Below, piece by piece: positions 36,172 to 49,448 of a stretch of 51,553 nt of DNA. The notes beneath the pieces are model-generated. The model was not told where the DNA came from and searched no databases. It saw nothing but the letters and a program-made list of their open reading frames with translations. The position numbers were made by a program, and so were the translations under genes. The stretch is from Gemmatimonadota bacterium (GTDB taxonomy: Bacteria; Gemmatimonadota; Gemmatimonadetes; Gemmatimonadales; GWC2-71-9). The stretch lies in contig JBKPDZ010000132.1 in NCBI GenBank assembly GCA_046728135.1, positions 1-51,553 of the forward strand, read 5' to 3'. The stretch's first letter is position 1, and the number at the start of each line of letters is the position of its first letter.

Positions 36172-37179
36172 TTAGAATACCCGGACTGCGGTGGCCTTGA
36201 AAGAGAAGACGACGCTCCCGCCTGGCGCGAGCGCCAGATCGCGCGCGGCTTCCGCCGTCACGGCGGCCACGAGCTCGACCTCGCCCATATCTGCCCGGAC
36301 GTGCACGCCCGCGCCGCGCCGCTCGATTGCCATACCGACCACTCGCCCCTTGAACACGTTGCGGGCGGACGAGGCGAGCGGCTCCCGACTCACAAGGATT
36401 TCTGTCGGCGGGACCGCCAGCACCGCCGGACCCGTACGCTCGGTCATCAGCGCGATTTCGATACCGCCGACGCGGACGCGCTTCACGCCGTCTCCCGGCG
36501 GCAGGTCGACGCGAAACAGATTCTCCGGCGTCACGGGGGAGAAGCGGCCGTCGGCGAGCGCACGGATGTCGTCGGCCCAGCGATACGCATCTTCGAGTTG
36601 ATGCGAGGCAACGCACACCGCAAAGGGGCGGGCGGCGCGCTCGGCTGCGAGCGCGCGGTAGAGCGCGCCCGCGGCCGCGGTGTCGGCTGAGCTCGCAGGC
36701 TCATCGAGCAGCAGCACGTCCGTTCGCAAGGCGAGCGCGCGTGCGACGGCAACCCGCTGGACCTCACCTTCGGACAGCTCGTGGCGCCGGCGACCGAGCA
36801 AAGGCGCGAGGCCCAGTTTGTCCACGACATCCCCGATGATCCCGTTCACCGCTGTGCGTCCAAAACCTCTTACCTCGAGACCATAGACCAGATTGTCCCG
36901 CACCGTCCCGCGAAGCAGCACCGGTCGCTGCTCGACGAGCGTCACGCGACGACGGAGGGCCGGTGCCGGACGCCGCGGCACGACCGTGCCATTCCAGAGT
37001 ACGGATCCTTCCGTCGGACGTTCGAGGAGCGCCAACAGCCGGAGCAGCGTGCTCTTTCCAGAGCCGTTGTGGCCGACCACTGCCACGATCGCGGTAGGCG
37101 GCAGCGCGAAGTGCTCGAAATCGAGCACCACGCGTCCCGCGTAGCGGTGCCGCACCGAGCGCAGTTCAACCACTGCCAC
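36172..37179 (-). CDS. ABC transporter ATPase with TOBE domain (TupC/ModC-like)
   Basis: GHNGSGKS, LSEGE, LLLDEP and a C-terminal SSARN...FKATAV TOBE domain. Confidence 0.88.
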   Translation of the reverse strand: MAVVELRSVRHRYAGRVVLDFEHFALPPTAIVAVVGHNGSGKSTLLRLLALLERPTEGSVLWNGTVVPRRPAPALRRRVTLVEQRPVLLRGTVRDNLVYGLEVRGFGRTAVNGIIGDVVDKLGLAPLLGRRRHELSEGEVQRVAVARALALRTDVLLLDEPASSADTAAAGALYRALAAERAARPFAVCVASHQLEDAYRWADDIRALADGRFSPVTPENLFRVDLPPGDGVKRVRVGGIEIALMTERTGPAVLAVPPTEILVSREPLASSARNVFKGRVVGMAIERRGAGVHVRADMGEVELVAAVTAEAARDLALAPGGSVVFSFKATAVRVF

Positions 37180-37861
37180 GCCCCTGCAGGACCTGCAACG
37201 CGATGTTGATGATGAGCGCCAGCGTCACCAGCACGAGTCCCAGGGCCAGCGCCGTCCCGAAGTCACCCTGGGAAGTGTAGAGCGCGACCGCGGTGGTCAG
37301 CGTGCGGGTGGAGCCGCGGATGTTGCCGCCGAGGATCATCGCCGCCCCGACTTCCGCGACGACTTGGCCAAACGCGGCTGTGATGACCGCGGCGAGCGCA
37401 AAGCGCGCTTCCCGCGCCACGGTCCAGGCTGCCCGCCACGGGCCGGCGCCGAGCGTTTCGGCGGTACGCCGCACGCGCGGATCGACCGCTTGCAACGCGG
37501 CGGCGGACAGGGCCGCGGCGATCGGCAAGGCGAGCAGCACATCGCCTACGACGATGGCCTGCCAGGTGTACAGCCAGCCGAGGCCTCCGAGTGGCCCGCG
37601 GCGCGACAAGAGCCCGTAGAGCAGCAAGCCGACGACGACCGTCGGGAACGCGAGGGCGGTATTGACCACGGTGAGCGCGGCACGCCGGCCCCAGAAGCGG
37701 CGCGTCGCCAGGAAGTACCCGAGCGGCAATCCGACCGTGCAGGCGACGGCGGTTGCGACGACGGCGACCTTGAGCGTGAGCAGCGCGATTCCGAAGACTT
37801 CGGAATCACCCGCGATGAGGAGCCCCCAGGCGCGCCGCACTCCCTCGGCTAGAAAGTCCAT
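37166..37861 (-). CDS. tupB: Tungstate ABC transporter permease (TupB-like)
   Basis: PTVVVGLLLYGLLSRRGPLG and EVGAAMILGGNIRGSTRTLTTA. Confidence 0.88.
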   Translation of the reverse strand: MDFLAEGVRRAWGLLIAGDSEVFGIALLTLKVAVVATAVACTVGLPLGYFLATRRFWGRRAALTVVNTALAFPTVVVGLLLYGLLSRRGPLGGLGWLYTWQAIVVGDVLLALPIAAALSAAALQAVDPRVRRTAETLGAGPWRAAWTVAREARFALAAVITAAFGQVVAEVGAAMILGGNIRGSTRTLTTAVALYTSQGDFGTALALGLVLVTLALIINIALQVLQGRGSG

Positions 37862-38604
37862 CCGAGGCCGAGGGTGACCCAGGGATGCAGCGTCCAGTCA
37901 GTGAGTTTCTCGGTCAGCGGGATCACGCGTGAGCCGTCGGGTGCGAGCGGCGCGTGAAACGACGGCGGATATTTGAGGCGCCAGAACAGCGCGCGGATAT
38001 CGGCATCGAACACCACGCGCCGTGCCGGATACCAGCGCACGCCGGAAGCTAACGCCAGCGTAAACTTCGAGCCAAACCGATAGCCGCTGTTCGTCGTGTC
38101 GCCCGGCGAATTCACGTCGAATGCCAGGCCAAGGCCGGTGCCGACGTACGGCGCGAAGCCATGCCAGGTCTTTCCACCGGTCAGCCGCAGCAGCATCCCG
38201 ATCTCTGCCTGCGCCAGATCGGACTTGACCGGGCCGGTCCGCCGCCCCACGGAATTCGAGTCGGCGTGCGGGTTGAGGATGAAGCGGTCGCCGCGCAGAT
38301 ACGCGCTCGTGAACTGGAACCACAGCGCGCGACCGGCGGGGATCTCCCAGCGCGCGCCAAACGTGAGGGCGTTGCTCGTACCGGCCTGCACGTTGCCGCG
38401 ATCCGCACCGAGGTGACCCATGAAGAACATCGGTCCGGCGTGCAGCGCGATGTCGCGATAGGGGGATGTGCCGGGGTTGTGGCCGACCTGTCCGTCTGAC
38501 CGTCGGACGGTCGGACCGATGGACAGCATGATCACTCCGGCGACCGTCCACCAAACGCGCCTCGACCGTCCAGCCGTCCGACCGTCCAACCGTCCGACAA
38601 TCAT
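37849..38604 (-). CDS. Outer-membrane beta-barrel protein with a repeat-derived signal peptide
   Basis: ATG at 38604 after GAGGGAG, overlapping the gpmI stop. Amphipathic strands, APYVGTGLG and C-terminal GWTF. Confidence 0.75.
   Translation of the reverse strand: MIVGRLDGRTAGRSRRVWWTVAGVIMLSIGPTVRRSDGQVGHNPGTSPYRDIALHAGPMFFMGHLGADRGNVQAGTSNALTFGARWEIPAGRALWFQFTSAYLRGDRFILNPHADSNSVGRRTGPVKSDLAQAEIGMLLRLTGGKTWHGFAPYVGTGLGLAFDVNSPGDTTNSGYRFGSKFTLALASGVRWYPARRVVFDADIRALFWRLKYPPSFHAPLAPDGSRVIPLTEKLTDWTLHPWVTLGLGWTF
38495..38598. repeat. Inverted arrays of tandem octamers (core GGACGGT/ACCGTCC) bracketing the signal-peptide core
   Basis: TCTGACCG TCGGACGG TCGGACCG ATGGACAG ... CGACCGTC CAGCCGTC CGACCGTC CAACCGTC CGAC. 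Confidence 0.85.
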
Positions 38605-40184
38605 GTCTCCCTCAAATCCTTTCCTGTCATTTCCCGCGGTGGCTCGATACCCATGAGCTGCAAGATCGTTGGTCCAACGTCGCGAAGCGAGCCACCGGCG
38701 CGCAACGGTTTCGCCCCGGCACCGGCGCCCACCATGACGAAGGGCACCGGATTCGTCGTGTGCGCGGTGTGCGGGCCACCCGTCGCGGGGTCGATCATCA
38801 GCTCGCAGTTGCCGTGATCCGCGGTCACCAGGACCGTCGCGTTCGCCGCTTCGGCAGTGGTCAGGACGCGCGCCAGACACTGGTCGACGGTTTCGACCGC
38901 CTTGACGGCGGCCGCCAGCACGCCGGAATGTCCGACCATATCGCCGTTCGCGTAGTTGCAGAGGATGAAGTCGTGCTGCTTGGCCGTGATCGCCTTGCAG
39001 AGCACGTCGGTGACACCCGGAGCACTCATCTCCGGCATGAGGTCATAGGTCGCGACTTTCTGCGACGGCACGAGCAGCCGCTCCTCGCCTTTGTAGGGCG
39101 GCTCGTACCCGCCATTAAAGAAGTATGTGACGTGGGCGTATTTTTCGGTCTCGGCGGTACGAAACATCGTCTTGCCGTGGTCTGCCACCACTTCCGCGAC
39201 GATGCGCGACAGCACCATCGGCTCGAAGGCGGCGGGAAAGGGCAGCGTCTCGTCGTAGCGCGTCATCGTCACGAGCCGCACCTTGGGACGGCCCTTCACG
39301 TCGAAGCCGTCGAAGTCGCGGGCGGCGAGCGCGCGCACGATCTGGCGCATGCGATCGGCTCTATAGTTGAAGCAGAAGATGCCGTCGCCCTCGTGCACGA
39401 GCGGGGCGCCGGTGATGACGCGCGGTTTGACAAACTCATCGGTCTCGCCGGCTGCGTACGCCTGCTTGATGGCAGTAATGGGATCAGGCACTTGCACGCC
39501 GATCCCTTTTACCATCGCATCGTACGCGAGCTTGGTGCGATCCCAGCGCTTGTCACGATCCATCGCGTAGTAGCGACCGATCACTGTCGAAACGACGGGA
39601 GTCAGGAGTCGGGAGTCGGGATTCAGGGGTGCCTCCCCAGTCTCCCGGCTCCTGACTCCCAGCTCCTTAAGCAGTTCCTCCATGAATGCCAGTGCAGACT
39701 GCGGCGGAGTATCCCGGCCGTCGAGCCAGGCGTGAATCGCCACCGGGACGCGGGCGCGACGGCCCAGTTCGACCGCGGCAAGGAGATGCTTGTCGAGCGC
39801 GTGTACGCCGCCGGTGCCGATCAGCCCCATCACGTGCAACGTGCCGTCGTGCCGACGTGTGTCTTCCGCCAGTTGGACGAGAGCGGGAATGCGAAAGAAC
39901 TCGCCGGACTCGATCGACTGGGAAATACGAACGATGTCCTGCGGCACGACACGACCCGCGCCGAGGTTCAGGTGGCCGACTTCGCTGTTTCCGATCTGTC
40001 CGTCGGGCAGTCCGACGGCGAGGCCTGAGGCGTCCAGCAGCGTTCGAGCGGGGCGCTGCCACAGCTTGTGCCACACCGGCGTGCTGCCGAGCTCGATCGC
40101 GTTGCCCTCGCGGCCGGGACGAAAGCCCCAGCCGTCGAGCACGATGAGGATGACCGGGGTGCGCGTGCCACGGGTCGTTGTCAT
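38601..40184 (-). CDS. gpmI: 2,3-bisphosphoglycerate-independent phosphoglycerate mutase with an in-frame hairpin insertion
   Basis: LDGWG, GNSEVGH, DGRDTPP, GRYYAMDRD, AETEKYAHVT and ADHGN motifs. Confidence 0.98.
   Translation of the reverse strand: MTTTRGTRTPVILIVLDGWGFRPGREGNAIELGSTPVWHKLWQRPARTLLDASGLAVGLPDGQIGNSEVGHLNLGAGRVVPQDIVRISQSIESGEFFRIPALVQLAEDTRRHDGTLHVMGLIGTGGVHALDKHLLAAVELGRRARVPVAIHAWLDGRDTPPQSALAFMEELLKELGVRSRETGEAPLNPDSRLLTPVVSTVIGRYYAMDRDKRWDRTKLAYDAMVKGIGVQVPDPITAIKQAYAAGETDEFVKPRVITGAPLVHEGDGIFCFNYRADRMRQIVRALAARDFDGFDVKGRPKVRLVTMTRYDETLPFPAAFEPMVLSRIVAEVVADHGKTMFRTAETEKYAHVTYFFNGGYEPPYKGEERLLVPSQKVATYDLMPEMSAPGVTDVLCKAITAKQHDFILCNYANGDMVGHSGVLAAAVKAVETVDQCLARVLTTAEAANATVLVTADHGNCELMIDPATGGPHTAHTTNPVPFVMVGAGAGAKPLRAGGSLRDVGPTILQLMGIEPPREMTGKDLRET
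39597..39660. repeat. Inverted array of tandem heptamers (GGGAGTC/GACTCCC), in frame in gpmI
   Basis: GGGAGTC AGGAGTC GGGAGTC GGGATTC ... CCAGTCTCCCGGCTCCTGACTCCC. The 24-bp arms have 3 mismatches. Confidence 0.9.
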
Positions 40185-40194
40185 ATTGAGGGGG

Positions 40195-41276
40195 ATGCAA
40201 GTTAGCCGGATCGTTCCGAGCCTACTAGCGGTTCTCAGCCTTGCGTCACCCGCGGGTCGAGGGCAGGCGGCCGCCGCGCAGGGTGCCGGCCGCTATCGCG
40301 TGACCGCCGACAATGCCTGGTTCTATCAGGACGTCGCGGGGCGCCGCATCGCGCGTCTCGCGCGTGGCGTCATGCTGACAGCGGGAGGCGCAACCCGAAA
40401 CGATTGGATTCAGGTCACACTCGAGGGGTGGATCTTCGGGCCGTCCGTCGGCCCGAGCGATCGCCCCGACTTCGATCTGCTCGTCACGCGCGCACCCAAC
40501 GAAAACCTGCGCGCCGCGCCCGCGGGCCCGCTCGTCGCCGAGCTCGCTCAGGGATTTGGACTGAAACGCGCGTCACCGGACAGCAGCGGGCGCTGGGTGC
40601 ACGTCACGCGCGACGGCTGGGTACAGCGCAGCGCCCTCGCTCCAGTCGCCGATGTGGTGGCAACGCGCACGGCGGACGCGAGCGACAACGTCGCGGACAC
40701 CGGCAAGGGTGGGCTAACGCCGGGGTCACGCCCTGGGGCCGACACCACGCGCGTGGACAGTACCCGTGCCCAACCCGTGCGGATGACGACGCTCTATCGC
40801 GCCCCTGACGGTCCGGAAGCCGGCACGATCGCGACCGAGACGCCGCTGCGGGTCCTCAGCCGCAACGGCGAATGGACGCGCGTGCAGTTCGAAGGCTGGG
40901 TGAAAGGTGGCGATCTCCAGGCCGCGCCCGCCGGTGTCCAGGTGGGCGTCACCGCCGCAGAGCTGCGCGCCGAGCCGCAGCGCTACGTGGGCCAGGTGTT
41001 GCGCTGGAATCTGGAATTCATCGCAATTCAGAAAGCCGACGAGTTGCGGCCCGACATTCCAAAGGGTGCGTCTTACGTACTCGCGCGCGGGCCGCTCCCG
41101 GAACGCGGCTTCGTGTACATCATCGTGCCGGAGAACAGGTTGGCGGCGTTCCAGGCTCTCACGCCGCTCGCTCCGATACAGGTCATCGCGCGCGTGCGGA
41201 ACGGCCGCAGCCGTTACCTTGGCAACCCCGTCGTAGACCTGATTTCGCTGGAGGGAGGAGGAGGAGCTGGAACGCC

Positions 41277-41280
<4 letters not shown>
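40195..41280 (+). CDS. Secreted hypothetical protein with SH3-like repeats and a possible C-terminal OB-fold
   Basis: Signal peptide MQVSRIVPSLLAVLSLA and three W..V..(E/D)GW segments. Confidence 0.7.
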
Positions 41281-45608
<4,328 letters not shown>

Positions 45609-45621
45609 CAGCCTTCCTCTA

Positions 45622-45650
45622 TTGACAGATCGCCTGCCCCGGCGAACCTT
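45622..45650 (+). promoter_or_regulatory. Putative sigma70 promoter TTGACA-N17-AACCTT upstream of the APC permease
   Basis: Perfect -35, 17-nt spacer and a partial -10. Confidence 0.5.
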
Positions 45651-45699
45651 GGGGCGGTCCGCGCCGTCGATTCGTCACCTCTCGCACCGGGAGTCCTGA

Positions 45700-47196
45700 A
45701 TGAATCTGTTCCGCCGGAAAAGCGTCACCGACCTGCAGGCGGAAGCGCTCAGCGACCATAGCCTGAAACGGGCCCTGGGTGCGCTGAACCTCACGCTGCT
45801 CGGCATCGGCGCGATCATCGGAACCGGCATCTTTGTGCTCACCGGAACGGTCGCCGCGTTGAACTCCGGTCCGGCGGTGGTGCTGTCCTTCACGCTTGCC
45901 GGCATAGCCTCCATCTTCGCCGCGCTCTGCTATTCGGAGTTCGCGTCACTCGTGCCGATGGCCGGAAGCGCCTACACCTACGGGTACGCCACATTGGGAG
46001 AGTTTGTCGCGTGGGTCATCGGCTGGGATCTGGTACTCGAGTACGCACTCGGCGCCGTGACCGTCGCGATCGGCTGGTCAGGGTACGTGGTGTCGTTTCT
46101 GCACGACGTCGGGATCAACGTGCCGTGTGCGTGGTCGGCGGCCCGCGGCACCCTCGCCGCCTGCGCCGACGGTACGCAAGTGACCGCCGTCTTCAATCTG
46201 CCTGCCGTCATCATCATCGCGATCGTGACCACGCTGCTCGTGATCGGCATCAAAGAGTCGGCCAATGTCAATAACGTCATCGTGTTCATCAAGGGCGCGG
46301 TCGTCATCCTCTTCATTATTGCAGCGGCGCACGCGATCAACACCGCGAACTGGCACCCATTCATCCCGCCGTCCGAGGGCGGTAGCAAGTTCGGCTGGAA
46401 CGGCGTCATGGCGGGCGCCGGAATCGTGTTCTTTGCCTACATCGGATTTGACGCCGTCAGCACGGCCGCCCAAGAAGCGAAGAATCCTCAGCACGACATG
46501 CCGATCGGCATCATCGGATCGCTGCTGATCTGCACGGTGCTGTACATCCTCGTGTCCGGAATCGCGACCGGCGTCGTGCCGTTCCGCGACCTCAACGTGC
46601 CGGATCCGATCGCCGTCGCTGCCGATCGCGCCGGCCTCGGCTGGATGGCAACGTTGATCAAGCTCGGAGCCATCGCGGGACTTTCATCCGTGATTCTGGT
46701 CATGCTGCTCGGGCAGTCCCGCGTCTTCTACTCCATGTCGCGCGACGGCCTGCTGCCCCCGTTCATCAACAGGGTCCACCCGAGATTCCAGACGCCGTAC
46801 ATCACGTCGATCGTGACCGGCGTTGTGGTCGCGTTTTTCTCGGCGATTCTGCCGATCCGTGACGCCGCCAGCCTCGTATCGATCGGCACGCTGCTCGCCT
46901 TCGTAATCGTGTCAGTCGGGATTCTCGTCCTCCGGCAGCGCGAGCCTAACCTGCCGCGTGTGTTCCGAACGCCGGCGGTGTGGCTGGTCGCCCCGCTGGG
47001 AGCGTTGTCTGCGCTCTACCTGATGGTGAGCCTGAGCGGCCGCACGTGGGCACGGCTGGGCATCTGGTTCGTGATCGGTCTCTTCGTGTACTTCCTGTAC
47101 GGCATGCGCCACTCGCGGTTGGCGGCGGGGAGCACCGGCGGACGCGCGCAGGCCCCGGGCGCCCCCAACCCTCCGGTCCCGCCACGTCGCTCGTAG
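45700..47196 (+). CDS. APC family amino acid permease (cationic amino acid transporter-like)
   Basis: GAIIGTGIFVL, GSAYTY and FFAYIGFDAVSTAAQE motifs. Confidence 0.96.
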   Translation: MNLFRRKSVTDLQAEALSDHSLKRALGALNLTLLGIGAIIGTGIFVLTGTVAALNSGPAVVLSFTLAGIASIFAALCYSEFASLVPMAGSAYTYGYATLGEFVAWVIGWDLVLEYALGAVTVAIGWSGYVVSFLHDVGINVPCAWSAARGTLAACADGTQVTAVFNLPAVIIIAIVTTLLVIGIKESANVNNVIVFIKGAVVILFIIAAAHAINTANWHPFIPPSEGGSKFGWNGVMAGAGIVFFAYIGFDAVSTAAQEAKNPQHDMPIGIIGSLLICTVLYILVSGIATGVVPFRDLNVPDPIAVAADRAGLGWMATLIKLGAIAGLSSVILVMLLGQSRVFYSMSRDGLLPPFINRVHPRFQTPYITSIVTGVVVAFFSAILPIRDAASLVSIGTLLAFVIVSVGILVLRQREPNLPRVFRTPAVWLVAPLGALSALYLMVSLSGRTWARLGIWFVIGLFVYFLYGMRHSRLAAGSTGGRAQAPGAPNPPVPPRRS

Positions 47197-47276
47197 CGCC
47201 TTCGCGCCTGCCGTAAACCGACCAAAAGAGTTAGATCAAAGGTCCGGTTTCTGGCAGGCCGCGAGGAGAAGGCGGT

Positions 47277-47282
47277 TATCTT
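47277..47282 (+). promoter_or_regulatory. Putative -10 (TATCTT) for the leaderless DHH gene
   Basis: 6 nt before ATG 47289, with no SD. Confidence 0.45.
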
Positions 47283-47288
47283 TTCAAG

Positions 47289-48326
47289 ATGAATCCGAAC
47301 GGCGTTCCCGTTCCGACTGCGCGCGCGCAGGCGGCGCGCGACGTGGCGGTCGCGCTCACCAGCGCCCGGCACGTCGTGCTGACGACACACGTGAACGCCG
47401 ACGGGGACGGCGTCGGGAGCGAGATCGGCCTTTGGTACCTGCTGCGAGGCCGCGGGATTTCGGTCAGCATTGCCAATCCCACCGCCATTCCCGATCGCTT
47501 CCATTTCCTGATTCCCGCAGGAGCAGACGCGAGCGACCGCGCGGCGCGGGAGATCGAGCGCGCCGACGTCGTCGCCTCCCTCGACATCGGCGACCTCAGC
47601 AGGCTGGGCAACCTGGCTGCCGTCATCAGCAAGCGCCAGCCGCCGTTCGTGTGCATCGATCACCACGTCAGCCCGGTCAAGCTGCCGCCCGGGCCCAGTC
47701 TCATTGCCCCCGACGCGACCGCCACGGCCGAGCTCGTGTTCGATCTCGCCACGGTAGCCGAGTGGCAGGTCACGCCGGAAGTCGCGCGAGCGCTCTACGT
47801 CGGATTGCTGACCGATACCGGAGGCTTCCGGTTCTCGAACACCACGGCTCGCGCGCTGCGCGTCGCAGCGGCGCTTCTGGAGCGTGGCGTCGATCCCGAG
47901 GGGATCTATGCCTCGGTATACGCCTCCGCACCGGAAGGGCGTGTGCGCCTGCTCGCTGAAGTGCTGCAGACGCTGGTCGTGGAGCCGGACGTCGGGCTGG
48001 CTTGGGTCAGCGTGCCTGCGGATGCGTTGCGCCGTCACGACGTCACCGCCGATGATCTCGACGGCATCGTGGAATTTCCCCGCTCGATCGCGGGCGTTCG
48101 GATGGCGTTGCTGTTCCGGCATATCGGCAGCGGCCGGATCAAGGTCTCGTTCCGCTCGATGGGTGAGGTCGACGTCGCGGCGCTGGCACACCAATTCGGC
48201 GGCGGTGGTCACCACCGCGCGGCTGGTGCGTCGCTAGCTGGCACGATGGCTGATGTCGAAGAGCAGGTACTGAACGCGGCACGCCGTTTTCTCAAAAACG
48301 GTGGGCGGGGGAGCCAATCCTCGTGA
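47289..48326 (+). CDS. nrnA: DHH/DHHA1 phosphoesterase (bifunctional oligoribonuclease/pAp phosphatase)
   Basis: HVNADGD, IDHH, TDTGGF, KVSFRS and GGGGH motifs. Confidence 0.93.
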   Translation: MNPNGVPVPTARAQAARDVAVALTSARHVVLTTHVNADGDGVGSEIGLWYLLRGRGISVSIANPTAIPDRFHFLIPAGADASDRAAREIERADVVASLDIGDLSRLGNLAAVISKRQPPFVCIDHHVSPVKLPPGPSLIAPDATATAELVFDLATVAEWQVTPEVARALYVGLLTDTGGFRFSNTTARALRVAAALLERGVDPEGIYASVYASAPEGRVRLLAEVLQTLVVEPDVGLAWVSVPADALRRHDVTADDLDGIVEFPRSIAGVRMALLFRHIGSGRIKVSFRSMGEVDVAALAHQFGGGGHHRAAGASLAGTMADVEEQVLNAARRFLKNGGRGSQSS

Positions 48327-49447
48327 GCACCTCCGATCTCAAGGCCCAGGTCGAGCAGGCGCTGGCCGCAGTCACCAACCCGCGCCACGGGCGTGACATC
48401 GTGTCCGCCGGAATGGTGCGCGATGTCACAATCGATCCCTCCGGGGCCGTTACGTTCACGTTCGTGCTCACCAGAGAGGATCCCGGCTCGTTAGCGCGGC
48501 AAGCGCGCAAAGCCGCCGCGGCCGTCCCCGGCGTGAGTGGCGTACAGATGAACGTCGTAGACTCGGCCGGTGCCGGGGGACGCCAGGCCCCCGCAAACGG
48601 ACCGCCCGGCCGCCGCGCCGCTCCGACGCCCCCCCCTCCGCCCACGCCCGACGAGATGCCGTCTCTCGGCAAGGTGCTGGCGATCTCGAGCGGCAAGGGC
48701 GGCGTCGGCAAGTCCACCGTGTCGGCAAATCTCGCCGCCGCGCTGGCTCGCGACGGCTACCGCGTGGCGCTCATGGACGCCGACATCTACGGGCCCAATA
48801 TCCCGCGGATGTTTGGCGCAAACGCCAAGCCCGAAGTCCAAGGCGGCAAGATCCAGCCGCTCGAGGCGCACGGTGTGAAGCTCATGTCGCTCGGGTTTAT
48901 CGTGGAGCGGGATGCGCCCGCGATCTGGCGTGGGCCCATCATCATGAAGATCATCACGCAATTCCTGCGCGACGTGGCCTGGGGCGAGCTGGACTACTTT
49001 CTGGTCGATCTCCCGCCCGGCACCGGTGACGCCCAGCTTTCGCTCACCCAGATCGTGCGCCTGCACGGCGCGATGATCGTGACGACGCCGCAGGAAATGG
49101 CCGTCGGGGATTCGCTCCGCGGCGCGAAAATGTTCGAGCGCGTGGGTGTCGGCGTGGTCGGGATCGTCGAGAACATGAGCTACTTCGTCTGCCCCGATTG
49201 CCACGCGCGGTCCGAGATCTTCCTCGCCGGTGGCGGCAGCCGTCTGGCCGCCGAGCTCGGTGTGCCGCTGCTGGGGCAGATTCCGCTGCAGGCCGGCATG
49301 GCCGAGCTCGCCGATCGCGGCGAGCCGATCGTCGTGAGCCAGCCCGACTCGCCTGCGGGGCTAGCCTTGCGCGATCTCGCCCGGACCGTGGCCGTCCGTA
49401 CGGCGAGCCTGGCTCCCGCGCTTCCGATTACTGCCGCACCTCGCTGA
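48323..49447 (+). CDS. mrp: Mrp/ApbC/NBP35 Fe-S cluster carrier ATPase
   Basis: GKGGVGKST, DADIYGP, DLPPGTGD and ENMS..CPDC motifs. Confidence 0.96.
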   Translation: MSTSDLKAQVEQALAAVTNPRHGRDIVSAGMVRDVTIDPSGAVTFTFVLTREDPGSLARQARKAAAAVPGVSGVQMNVVDSAGAGGRQAPANGPPGRRAAPTPPPPPTPDEMPSLGKVLAISSGKGGVGKSTVSANLAAALARDGYRVALMDADIYGPNIPRMFGANAKPEVQGGKIQPLEAHGVKLMSLGFIVERDAPAIWRGPIIMKIITQFLRDVAWGELDYFLVDLPPGTGDAQLSLTQIVRLHGAMIVTTPQEMAVGDSLRGAKMFERVGVGVVGIVENMSYFVCPDCHARSEIFLAGGGSRLAAELGVPLLGQIPLQAGMAELADRGEPIVVSQPDSPAGLALRDLARTVAVRTASLAPALPITAAPR

Positions 49448-49448
49448 C

